From Chara braunii (lineage: Eukaryota; Plantae; Charophyceae), in the NCBI GenBank assembly GCA_003427395.1, contig BFEA01000001.1:2677190-2724422 (forward strand): a stretch of 47,233 bases of DNA. Reading direction: 5' to 3'. How positions within the stretch are numbered: position 1 is the first letter of the stretch; every line of letters begins with the position of its first letter. Shown one piece after another: positions 21,875-34,800 of this stretch. Both the position numbers and the translations under genes were made by a program. The notes beneath the pieces were generated by a model, which was given only the letters and a program-made list of their open reading frames with translations, was not told the origin of the DNA and did no database searches.

Positions 21875-24800
21875 CTAGCTTGTGAGGTCCAAACTCACCT
21901 CGTCTCGAACGACAAACTTCTTCAACCTCGAGCCTGACACCCAGTCCTTCCAAGCGGTCCCATTCAGCTCCTCAATTTGGTATGCGCCATGTTCTCCACA
22001 CCTGGCGACCCTATATGGTCCTAACCATCTCTTATCCAATTTCCTCGACCATTGCTTCTCCAGGGACGAGTCGTACAGCAGCACGGTGTCTCCCACCTTA
22101 AGAGGTTCCTTCCTTACTCGTGCCAACTGGTCCCACCTGAACTTGTCCTTGGTTCGACTGTCAGCCACCCTACTTGCCGCTTCCTGTACCTTATCTTTTA
22201 TGGCTCCAATTNGACGTGCCCTTAGATCAAGCAAGTCCTCAAAAGACAAGTTTATCTTGAGGTTTTGTCGCCTCCAAGTCTTTAGGAAACTTTCTATAGG
22301 GAACGTCGCATGTCTGCCATACCATAATGTAGCTGGCGCNTAGTTGGTACTCCTTCTGACAGTGATATTNTCCACGAAGAAAGCAACCCTCAGGAAAGNT
22401 GGCCACTGATTAGGTCTGCCATCTGTCCATTTTGTGAGAAGATTTGTAATGGTACTGTGCCNTCTTTCTACCGGTGCATTAGTCTGAGGGTGCGCCGCAG
22501 TCGTATACTCGGCGATCACACCATACCCTTTCAGCAACGCTTTCACTTCGGCACAGGTGAATTCGGACCCCCNGTCNATTACGAACCTTNAGACGAAAGG
22601 ATAGCGAAGGTAGTACTCTTCAATGCATCGAGCTAGTACCTCTCCAGTCTTCGTGCGAATAACCTTGCCATCAACAAACCCTNAGAGATTGTCTCGTGCA
22701 TCAAAGATATAGTTAAACCCTCCTATTCCCAGAGNCATCGCTAATAGATCCAGATGAACGACTGCTCCGACCTCACATATATATCTAGGGTGAAGCNGTT
22801 CCNTAGGTCTTAGCGAAGACNGCTCCTNACATGGTATGCAAGATTTACAATATTTNTCGATCATGTGTCCCATGCTATCCCAATAATATAGTTCGTGAAN
22901 CTTTAAGTATGTTGCATCTGTNCTNNTATGGCCATCANTCGTTCCATCATGAAGGGCAGCTATGACGTCAATCTGTCGATTTATCCCACAGACTACCCTT
23001 CTGGGATTCTTTCCTTTATTTCTCATGAATAGATGACCGCCNCTCACTAGAAAATTCGGTCGCATCTTAAGGACTNTTTCGTTAACATCTCTTTCTCTTG
23101 TTTCACATGACAGGAGCATTCCCAATTCCAGATATACTCCGTCGTATTCTTCTGCGCGAAAGGCCTCTTTTATCTCACCTTCTTCAAAATCATCGTCCTC
23201 TCCTTAATGGATCACGTTCTCCTCTCTATCTTGCCTCTCTTCTTCAATCCTAGCAACCTCTTCTTGGAGCAACGAGTTTGCCAACACGTACATTCCACCT
23301 ATCAATCGTTCATGCTTTTTTACCTGCTGGGGTCCGGTCTCCAATGTGACCAAGTCTTCCCGCAGCTTGTACTTATCCGCCAAGGCCAACTCCATCATCC
23401 ACTCCAGTTCAGGCATTCCCCAAGAATCTTCCTCAATATAAGGTTTGAGGACTATATTCGGCCGCCGCACATGACCTGGAGGTGCGAGCCATACAGGTCG
23501 TCCAGGAGTAACATAGTTACCTATAGCCAATGACCAGGAATTAATGTGGAGTTTAACGTCCTCTTCCTTGTCCAGAAAACCATCGACCAGCGGAGTATCT
23601 TCAATCACCCCTTTGTTGCTCTTGTCCCAGTCGACGCGACTTAACCCATCTGCCCTATTCTTGTTCCCAGGAATACGCTCCAATTCGAAGTCAAACGTTT
23701 AGATGTACGTCAACCACCTCGCAATGGTTGGATCTGAAGGAGCGAAGGTCTTAAGGGAACCAGCTAGAGCAGTTGGGTCCACCCTCAACATAAACCTGCT
23801 ACCAAAGAGGTAGTTTCTGAAAATCCTCAAGCAGTGAAGAACTGTCAAGGTCTCGCGCTTAAACTGGGAGTAATTCCTCTCAGTTGTGTTAAGCGTTCTA
23901 CTTTCAAATCTTAGCGGCCGTTCTTCTCCATTGAGGTCTTGCTGGATCAATACTCCTCCCAGGGCAGTCGGCCCTGCATCCGTTTCTACGATAAAAGGTC
24001 TGGTCATCACAGCCGCATGGTCTGGTACCCCCAGTACCAGACCCCCTTCCTCAAACTTTTTCTTTAGACCCTCTATTACTGACTCCTGCTTGTCTCCCCA
24101 TTCCCAATCCTGACCTTGGCGCACAAGCTTTCGCAATTGCTCTGTCTTTGCCGCAAACCCTTTGATGAACACTCTCCAAAACCCACATGTTCCCAGGAAG
24201 CTCCTTACCTCTGTAATTGTCTCGAATGGTGTTGGCCATTCGAGAATCTTGTTCGTTTTCTTAGTGTCTGGTCGACGACCCCTCTCGTCGCACACAAACC
24301 CTTAGATCGTTGCTCCACGCATACAATGCCTGGACTTCGTTCCGCTTGCAGTGAGGTTATGCTCTTTTAGCAAGTCTAGGACTTTACAAAGATTTTGCAC
24401 ATGATCCCAGACAAATCGCTTAATCCCAGGCATCACCTCCCTCTCATCCTTCTCGTTTGGCCCTTTCACAGCCAGATCGTCGATGTAAGGTTGTGTAATG
24501 TGATGACTTACTGGTTGCATTGCCCTCACCATGTGTCTCTGGACCATGGCAACCACGTTCGTCCACCCTTGCGGTGCGACATTCATGTGAATCAGCCCTC
24601 GACGGGTATGCATTGCAGTCATTGGTCTGTCCGAAGGGTAAATAGGAAACTGGTCATAACCAGAATACAAGTCTATGAGCGATATTATGGATCTTCCTGC
24701 ACATGCCTCTGAAAGCGCATCAGCATTAGGGAGACCCCCTGCATCTCTCACTGTTACAGCATTCAAGCGCTTCAAATCCTGTACCCATCTGAGTGTCCCA

Positions 24801-25300
24801 TTTGGTTTGACAAAGCAAAACCAAGGGGATGCAAATGGTCCACTCGAGTAGTCTGAGACATGAGTGCGGATCTTCCCGTCAAGATAATTTACCATTTTTT
24901 CTTCGTCAGCCGGGTTCGGGTATCACGCACCTCGCAGATTTCATGGTTCATGTGGCACGTTATGTATCCGAATCATCGGAATCTTGTCAACATCCAGGCG
25001 GCCACGTTCATCATCATTGAAGGCATAGGCAGTATGCCTTCCTCTCATGGTCTCTACCATCAATTGCCTCTCCTGCGCTGTAAGGAAATCTGGTTCGCCT
25101 ATTATCAGCGCCTCTTCCGTTTCTTGATTGATACGACATGGTCCATTCTCCACATTTTCTCGCATCTGCCGTATCAACTCTCGTTCCCACTCGTCATAAT
25201 TTTTTTGTTCCTCAATCACGAGCACAGGAACAGGGCGGCATTTTTGATCTACTCTTTTGTACCGCCTTTGTGACCCTTGCTTGAGCCCACCCATAAAAAA
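21875..25300 (-). pseudogene. pol: pol (RT, RNase H, integrase) of copy B
   Basis: QPYIDD, FIVETDAG, RPLRFESR, HHCC, DDE and GPY motifs; in-frame stops at 24941, 24302, 23699 and 23204. Confidence 0.93.
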
Positions 25301-28300
25301 GGTCGAGTTGGACTCAGGGGTTGGGCTCCTGCCGATCCTCCTCTCTTTCCGGGCGTCCGATATACCTGTTCCACCTCTCCTTCACCCATTTGTTCCATCA
25401 CCTTTTATCTCAAGGCCTCTACGGCCTCCGGGTCCGCCATCCCATAGGTTGACACTATGTCCATAGCATCGCCTATATTGGTCAGGCTAAGAGTCAGTGC
25501 TTCCGGATTTCTTTCTTTTTCAAACTCATCTCCCCCTAGCCTCTTCCTTTCTTCTTCCGATTCCTCAATCGTGAAAGAATCAGGATTGGGCCTATTCCTT
25601 ATACTTTGTGGCCCCGTATTTCTACATGTGATAACCTCATAGTTGCCACATACCGGGTCACATAAGACAAAGAACATCGTCCCATCATGCTTATTCTGTA
25701 TGACGGTCTCCGTTCGGCTCAGGATAGATTGGCCCAATAGGATGGGATGATCGAGATCGAGCATTACAAAGAAACAGCTTCTCACTTTAACCTTGCCAAT
25801 CTCCAAAACCACTCTCGATGCGGTCCCTATGAACATAGACCGACTATTCGCTCCCATTAAAACTCCATTATCGGAGTGATCAATACCCATCCCCAAACGC
25901 AAAGCATGCTCCTCTTTTATGAGGTTCATTTCCGCCCCAGTATCCACCATTGNNGTNCACGTTTTTCCTTTTACTACTANGTCCAAGCATCCACATGCGA
26001 CGGACTTTCAATCCATCTTCGTGCCTGTCTCTGCCCATTCCGCTTCCTTGGGAATTATGGCCCTCAATCGCACGCTGGCTACCATCTTCCTGGATAATCG
26101 AGTTTTAAGCTCGTCCCGGAACCTTGGAGCTGAAGCCAACACATCCTTCAGATTCATAAGATGATTATGACCCTCAAGGATTCTATCCATCATTTCCTCT
26201 ACATCATAGTCTTCTTCTACCCGGACAACATACTTCATTTTCTTCCCCTCCGGGACTCTCTCCACGTCTGCCTTAACATCCCTCTTCTTTGCTCTTAGCT
26301 CGGTCCTCTTACCCTCTTCTCTCCTTAACCTCTCATCTCTCTCATCCTCATCCTGTGGGATGTCTACTGTCTCTTTTTCCCCACTAGGCTCAGGAACGTC
26401 CTTTGCCGGCTCATTGGGCCTTACCGGCCCCTTGGCCCTTGTCCTGACGGCCTGTGGCGCTCCTCCTGACCGTGATGGTGGCCTATAAGCCATTCCGGAC
26501 TGAGGCGTTGGTCCCGAAATCGTTACGCCTGGTAGGCTCCCAGATCCTCCTTGCGGTCCTGGACCCATATCGTAGAGATATACCAGTGGTTTTTTATCTT
26601 TCCACTCCTTGACCTCTTCACACATGTTGGTCAATTTGTCTTGATACCGTCTCATCTTTGCCACTAGATCCTCCATTATTTCCATCAATCTCCGGGCCTC
26701 AGTCCAGTAACCCCTTTCTATCTCCTCGTCAGATTCTACCACAATAGGTTCTTCCTTGACCGTACCTGCTTTCCTTTCCTGCTTTACTTCCTCATTCTCT
26801 CCTATCTCTTCAACCCTTACATCAGGACGGACATCCTCCTCTTGCCAGATTCGAAACATGGCCAGAGGAGCGGGCGGCTCGCCGGCCTCGACTCGTCTCA
26901 AGGCCTCCTTTCTCGACCCACCAGGGATCTCTACGTCAATGTAGTATCCAAACTTATCTTACATGTCACCGTCGTAGTTGGTACTAATCAGCCCTTCATC
27001 TTCATCGTTCCTTCGGACATGGCATAACTTGATGGTGTGACCCTTCTGCCCACAATGCCAGCAAATGACATTCCTCAAGTCTATCCGTCCTCTACCAAAA
27101 CCTCACCCGCCGTCCTGGCTATTCTGATTTCCAGACGCATTCCAATCCCCATTTCTTCCTCCACCGGAATTGTCAGCCCCATTTTCTCTTCCACTGGAAT
27201 TGTCACCCCCATTTCCTCTTCCACTGGAATTGCCACCCCCATTTTCTCTTCCATTTCCCCGGCCGCCATTTCCTTGCCCTTGGCCCCATCCTTGGTTTTG
27301 TCGACGTCCGCCGTCTTGAATTCCCTGCGACCCCTGTGGTGCCGGCTGTTGAGGTTGGCTTGGCTGGGGGCTCGGGTGACTTACTTGTTGAATCTGGGGT
27401 CCTGGACACCCGCAGAAAGCCGCGCTCAGCGGCGCTCCCGCGCATGATCCATGTGGTCCACTCATCGGCCATGGTACGTATGAACAGTGCCCAGGCCAAG
27501 GACTGGGAGGTCCATAACCCGGCCACGGCCCATAGGGTGTTGGCGCGGCCTGGCCATGCGACTCCGGGGGAGGCAGTGCTGTTGCCTGCGGAGTCTGTCA
27601 TCTTCCTGAGCCTTGTCCGCCTTGCCCCAGATTTTTGGCCTTCCTTTGTGTTTTTGTTAACTTTAGAGGTTTGGGTTCTTCTTCTTCTTCTTCTTCTTCT
27701 TCCTCCTCTTGCACCACCGCCTTCTTCGCCTTTCCCTGAGTCTGCGGTGCCGCCATAGCCTTTCTTGCTGCCTTCGCCTCTTTTTCCGCATCGAGTTGGN
27801 CAACAGCATCCTCTACCATTCTCTTAAAATCTCTCCCGTCACTTGTCGTGGCATCCAAAGCCTTCCTTTTCTTCCTGGCCTGCCTCATCTGAAAGATGTC
27901 TACCTGGTCCAATTCTCCCTCTTTCACACCCTCTTTTATGGCGGCCCAAGTCAGTTTCTTTCCTGGCTCAGCCTTCTTGGTTAGCGACGAGGCTTCCCAA
28001 TTCTTGAAGTGCCCCAGGAAAGTGACACACTGTTCTTCTTCCGCCAACCCAGGGACTTTCTTTGCCATTTTCTCAAATGTCGTGGCAAAGGCCCCCACCG
28101 TTGAGAACTCGTCCCGTCTCAACATTTCCAAGTCTTCTTCGGTGAGCAGGTCGTCACCTAACTTGAAACGTCTCTGCATCTTCTCTTTAAACTTTGCCCA
28201 CTCACCATTCGCGCCGGCCGCTACTTTCATTCCCGTCTCTGCATCTTCTCTTTAAGTTCCCACCATACGTACCTAGGCATCAGCTTGGATTTGTCTGCTT

Positions 28301-28481
28301 CTGACGCCTCGCTAGTGACCTGCTCCAACAACTCAAGCCACTCGGACACTCTATCCCCGTTGAAGTGAAAAATGTTGACCTTGGGCACCTGAAGCCGTGC
28401 CATCTCTCTTTTTTCCAATGCCTTGATGAAGTCCTCAGGTGTAGCACCCGGGCCCCGCTCGATTCCATCAGCGTCCCCCAT
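25249..28481 (-). pseudogene. gag: gag-protease of copy B (full length, disrupted)
   Basis: ATG 28481; capsid-like FNGDRVSEWLELLE...WAKFKEKMQRRF...STVGAFATTFEKMA; CCHC knuckle; VDTGAE. Several stops and a frameshift at ~28230. Confidence 0.88.
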
Positions 28482-28847
28482 CTTTACGCTTTCTCAAAAA
28501 CCTGTTAAGGAATGAACAGTTTTAACAAAAACAATCGGCCGTCAAATCTCTCACTCGCTTACTTTCATCATTCTACTACTATCTTTATTTAACTTAAAGT
28601 AGCCTATCAGGTCTCTATATTATAACTTCTGATTATATTGCTAAAAACGGACATATACACAATGCATACTTTCAACCTTACTTACAATCAAAAATAGATC
28701 TGACATGCCATCAAGAATGTCACAATACTCGTATCATCATCAATCAAAGGGAGGAAAATCTTTCCATCAAAGGTTGTCGTTTTGCCTAGATCATCAGCCT
28801 GCTCTTAACCTGGGTTCGTTCACTATGGACCCCGGTAGGCAGCCGAA

Positions 28848-28866
28848 ATCCCCGGCAACGGCGCCA
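28848..28866 (-). promoter_or_regulatory. tRNA-Asp primer binding site of copy B
   Basis: atccccggcaacggcgcca on the + strand. Confidence 0.93.
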
Positions 28867-28868
28867 CC

Positions 28869-31800
28869 TATTCAGCGCATCGGTCCCGCATGGGGACCCT
28901 CCTGGCCGCGTCATGCAGCATTTCGCAGGACTTTGTCGCAGAGCGTTTTGGCCGCTCCGGCCGAGTGCGCCAACCGTACCTCTCGCGAGCCCCTACGACA
29001 AGACAGGTTCACGCGAGGCACCGCTTACCTCCACCTGCAGGAGTTGTCACCATCCCTTAGGTGGGCAAATCTTCGCCGAGCTACTGAACCACATGCGAAA
29101 GCTTCTCGTATGCAATTGCAGAGGTGGCCCAGCCGAGGGCGTTTCTCGTTCGCTGTAGCATAGGGGGTTACGCGCGGTCGAACGCCCAAGAAATCGAACC
29201 CGCACGCGAATNGACGTACTGGGGGGCTGAGGTCCCAAACGTGACTCNGCGCCGGTNGACCAGGACGCATCGCACACACCATGCGTTACACCACAACACT
29301 CACATNTACCCATACATAACACATGGAAAAACACAAAACAAACACAACATTACAACACTCCTAGTCCCTTCAGTATCCAACCCATAACTTNATACCGCGA
29401 GAATCAGGTAGGTACCGCGCGCTGGACTTTCGTATAAGAGTCATGCGCGTGCATGGCCTCCTCATATCCACCAGCCATGCGGGCATTCGCAAGCATTTGC
29501 GTTGATGGGGTACTATGTGGTACTCGTAGCCTCGCGGCCCTTGATAATTTCGAGGGTCGCGTTCGACACTCAAGTGTCGGCTGACAGGCGCTTTGAGGGG
29601 TAATCTCTCAACGCCAGACAACCGCCATGTGCGGTTGAAGACCACAGCCTCTTCTGCACCCTGTGCAGAGGGGTTGAGTAGACGGCTTTAAGCTGTCGTG
29701 GCGGTCAAACATCAAGGGGTTTGACTTTGACCACGAAGACTTTAACGAGGAAACAACTGCAGATAGTCTGATAGTAGTTCCAAAAGCGAGGGGTAGGCCA
29801 ACGCGAAAGATGCGTGCGGATGAAGCCCAGACTCAGACCCACGGGCAATCCGATGTTTGAGACTTTTGGAGGCTAGTGCACGGGTCCCCTTAGGCCGACT
29901 AGGCTTATTCCCTGCCTCCTGTGTCGTTTCACGCTGCCGAAACTTGGGTGTACTCATCGTGAGGCGCTTTTGCCCTCTTTGCTCGTATCATAACCTTCGA
30001 GCGCAGCAATAGGCAAGTGTTGCGCGCATGGGTTAGCATAAATCCGCGCAGAGGCAGAACCTACGCATACTGACCAACGATGCGGGTTTGCGTAAGCGAT
30101 CGTGATGTCGGCGCATCATGTGACGCCCATACCCGAATGGCCTCTGTTGAGCCATGGGGTTGCTCTCGCTGCTGAGGCCTCGGCTGAAGTGCGCGCTAAG
30201 GGGGGGTAAACCTTTAGCAAGCGCAAGACCGGCCTGAGAGCCTTACCATCTTCTGCACCCTGAGGTGCCCCAAGGGGTGCAGGGTAAGATGGTCCCTAGG
30301 GCAGGAAGGAATTCGGAGCGGTGGTGAGTTGTCTGGCGCACCAGCGACACGCTAATCCTTCCGCTCGGAACTTTATCGTTCCACCAAAATAACCTCAACA
30401 AGGATGAAAAATAAATCCTCTTAACGCTATCGGAAGAAAATACCTTCAATGTTAGTCTAGGGCCTGGGACGTCCCGGACAAGGATCTTGGTTTCCAGNCT
30501 TGGGACAANTGCCCTACCACACGAAGTCAAAGAGAATAGAAGGACGCAAGCGCGCGGTCGCATAGCCCCATAAGGATTACTCNAGCGTACNCTNACTCTG
30601 ATTATCACATCATCCGGCTGGGAAAANAACAATCNCACCCAAACAACAGGTTGTGGGGCAGTACACTCTCACGACAGTTGTGTGGTTTGCCCATCTGAAT
30701 TCAAAACATAATTACTCAATCACATATTGAATCGAGTCTCTCTCATACATACNCGCAAACATTCGACATTCAAANAACATCACACGCACTAAAGGAGTCA
30801 ACTTTTCAGCGTTCTGCAGCTCACACTCTGCCTTACGCACACAAGCCCAACCATTTCCCCTCAACAAATACACTCAGTCTTGAAGAAATGGTCATTTATA
30901 AAGAAACTGGGTGAAAACCCAAAGAAGCACACAAAACCTGGCAAGGGCCAAGGCCTTAGGTTGAGAGGCAGGAGAGAATAGGAAAGTTGAGTTGTAAACC
31001 GACGAATCAGCAACCGACCTGTTATCAGTGATAACAGACAAGTGATCCCTTCGTAGAATCAGGCCGAACAATTCGAGTCTTCAACCGGATGTGAAAACTT
31101 GCATCACAGTATAGGTCAAAGAGAACCACTACTATGTTCAACCCAAGTAGAGGATAGTTCCCCAATTCGTACCCTAGCTCCTCTATCAGTCTCACTTTCA
31201 GCTTCCCTCACTAACGCTAATTTACTGAGAAAATTTGGCATCATCTCCCCTATCCAGGCCCTATCCAGGGTGGATTTGTCAAGTCTCTCTTAGCTAATAA
31301 TAATCTAACTCCCTAAATTTTGTGAAATTTCGGCAGCGCTTTCCGTAGGAAAAGTGCCTTTCCTCAAAAATGACTAACTTTTTCAAATTTATAGAAATTT
31401 CGGCAGCGCTTCCCGCAGGAAAAGGAGGTTGCCAACATTTATACAAAACTGAAACTTAAAAGACAAGGCATAACTATACTTGGGACTAACTTCTGACACT
31501 TACTTGGAAGGTAGGATCAGCGATAATCTGTACGACCTCTTGATGAGGCTGTGTGATGACACTGATCCTAACTCCTAGCAGAGCCAGTCCTATCTTATCC
31601 CAAGCTTTCCCTCCCATCATCCATCCTACCTGCCTATAGCTCTAGCACTCGGCGAGCACCTAAAGCAACTAAACTATCAAAGAGATGCCCCAGAGTGAGA
31701 GCCCACAAGCATGCATAACCAGAACATCTCTCACAATCCCACATTAATTTAGTCCAAGTAGTTCGTTAAATCGCTTAGTTCCTTCCCTTTTACATCCCCC

Positions 31801-34800
31801 TTTCCTATGACATACGGTCAGACAAGGCCCTAACCCTAGGGTATGCCTGACCTGCCTAGGTACACAAGTAAAGTACGCACATTTGGACTGCCCTAACCCT
31901 AGGGTATGCCCAACATAACATGAACTGTACACATAAGGCATATGACCAGACCGCCCTTACCCTAGGGTACGTCTTACTTTTGCCTAACTGACCACAAGTA
32001 GCATAGAACCGGGTTGCCCTAACCCTAGGGTGTGCCCAATCCGCTTTAAACAAAGTTACATACGGCATCATTCTAGACCATCCCTACCCAGGGGTAGGTC
32101 TAGCTTGCCTGAACACGGGTACAAACAACAACAAGCTTGACCGCCCTAGCCCTAGGGTACGTCCAACCCACAACACATTAACGACAAACGCATATCACTA
32201 GGCCGCCCTAACCGTAGGGTACGCCTAACTAGCCACAACAGTTTAAGTTACACAAGGCAATGTGATCAGGCTGCCCTAACCCTAGGGTATGTCTGATCTG
32301 CCTGAACAGTTATAAACACCGAAACGCTGGACCGCCCTAACCCTAAGGTACGTCCAACTTACTTTAAACAACAAAAGCTTATCGCTAGGCCGCCCTAACC
32401 CTAGGGTACGCCCAGTTAGCCGTACAACAGAAAATAGGGTACAAATACTTTCACAGACTTTATGTTTTTCCCTCTCTTATTAAGCAGTCGATCGGACCTT
32501 TCAAATAAATGGAACTTCCGATCTTGCCTCATGTTTAGAAGGGGAAATAAAATCAGATTTATACTAACTCTCTGCTCCTTAGTGTTATCATGAGCATATA
32601 ACTAAACCGCCCTAACCCTAGGATACGTTCAGTCTGCCAGTTACCTTTTTTTTACTCTTCATCTCTTTCCCTCTTTCTTAGTTCTACTTGAGTTACTGAC
32701 TGGCTTTCCCCACCCGGGGCGCCCGGTATATCAGAAGTATAAGTTCAAATTGTATATATATCAAGTTTTATACTCTAGTTGACCATTTAGTTCATGGCTC
32801 ATGGCTAAGCCGCCCTAACGCTAGGGTACACTTAGTCTTATGTCTTTACTCCCTCAGAAGAAAACACGCACCACAACTCATTAAAATAAACACCAGGATT
32901 TTGAGCCTTCCCCACCCGGGGTGCCCATCCTCCTGTTCAAAAACCCTCAAATGAAACAGCGACTCATATCCCACCCGGGTAGACCAGCCATAAGAGTCAC
33001 TCATTCAGATCAGGAAACCTTAATAAAACACAGCACTGAGCCCACATCCACCCGGAGAGGCTCAGCCTTGGGTCGACCAGGTCAAACGCATGCATAACAT
33101 TTTCCTCCCGCCTTCCCCCAATTCATTATGTCTGAATTTGCTCAAAGTATCTGACTTTTCACATATATAAGTGTTTATTTAACCTTTCGCAGAGCATGTC
33201 CTAACATACATAACAAAGGTAAGGAGTAATAACCTCACATAGTTATGTTCTTAGATAGCCCAAAGGAATAATAGTTTAGGGGAAAGGATCACACGCGTTA
33301 GACGAAAGTTATACCTGAGTGTTCCCTGCCTCCAGAACCCCGCGTGGGCTCCGGCAGAGCTCCCGCAATCGGTGGGGCGAACCTCCCACTGAGGCCTTGG
33401 CGCGGATTACGGGTTTCAATCCCGCCTGCCGCCTTCCTCTCGTCACCAATAGACGAGACTTAGAGTAAGAAAGATAGAAGGAGAAATGTTTAGACTCTGA
33501 GATACAAGGGGGGTGCTCTCATACTCGCAGGAGAGGGCCTTGTAATCTTCAATCTCCTGAGGGCCCCGCAATGATGGCCAAAATAACGCAGTCGTGATGG
33601 TCCGATCGCGACCAAATTCAAAGTAATAGTCCCCCAACGGCTTCTAATGATGGTCAACGAAGCGTAGCAGAAGTAGTCGAGTCTTGGCCTGAATGCAGAA
33701 TACCAGGCCCTTGTCTGGCCTCCAAGTCACGACAATAGCCCTACGCAGCGTTGTCTCACTCTTCCAAGTTCACGACCATGCGCAGATTATGTTTAGCCAG
33801 GCGGTACCTCAGCAGCGCGGCAAAGGCGCAGTAAGGTCAACTCCATACACCGCGGAAGCTCAGCAAGCGCCGCAAGCACCGCAGCCGCGCAGAAAAGTAA
33901 ACACAGCGGTCGGCGCAGCACCCCTCGCAAGTCAGCTGTTACACAACAGTCCGCTGCCGCCAAGCCTCCGCAATGGTGTTTGGGGGCAAGCATGGTAGTG
34001 CAGGAAATACGGCCTCACTAGAACCACAGCCGCAATCCTGTCTGTCGCAGCTGTTGTCGAGTACTCATCAAGGGAGCAGCCTGCAGCAGCAGCAGCAATC
34101 CTGAAAAGAGGCAGTCCCGCATCAGGCCTCCATGATGCACTAGTGACCTCCTCTTGAGCAAAACACCGGTTGTAACAGCCGCCCACTTGAGAACAGCAAC
34201 AGTCCTTATAGTAGGCTAGTAAAATAACACTCCCCAATGATGCACAACAAGCGCAATAAAACCAGATGCGCACACGACCCGGTCAACAGAGCAGGATAAC
34301 GCTCAGTAAAGGTGCTCCGTAATGCGAGTGATTAGTAACATTTAAACACGCAGTTGACGTGAGATACATCAGCTGCATAGTAATTGGAACTGTGGTTGAG
34401 TCTCAGAAACGCAGTAGTACTCCATCCGAGCAGTAGCGGAGGGTCAACCGTAACCGCTGCAACACTGGTCCCGGAACCAAACAACCAACAACGCACCGAA
34501 CCTCCAGATTACAGCAGCTGCAGCAGCATCTCGTTTGCACAGTAGATCAGCCCACAGCAACAACACAACATTTAAGGATATGACCCTGAACCCGGAGTCT
34601 GCAGATATGGCCCGTGGCTATGGATAGCACGAACCCCTCAACAACAGCTGGAGCACTGATGAGTCNTNCCAGACTGACGTATNCAATTTCCCGCNGCACT
34701 CCCTNCTTGCGACATACAAAAAAANAGATGACCCCTCCACTAGAACGCGGCTAGATGCACCCCCAACTCACNATCCAGATCTGTGCACAGTTTNGCACCT

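Noticed and set aside
33400-33450. tRNA-like T-arm and CCA (gggtttcaatcccgc...cacca)
   Set aside because: No D arm, anticodon arm or acceptor stem; the CCA lies in the loop of a local hairpin.
34656-34680. Hammerhead-like CTGATGAGTC...GAC
   Set aside because: The required GAAA and stems I/III are absent.
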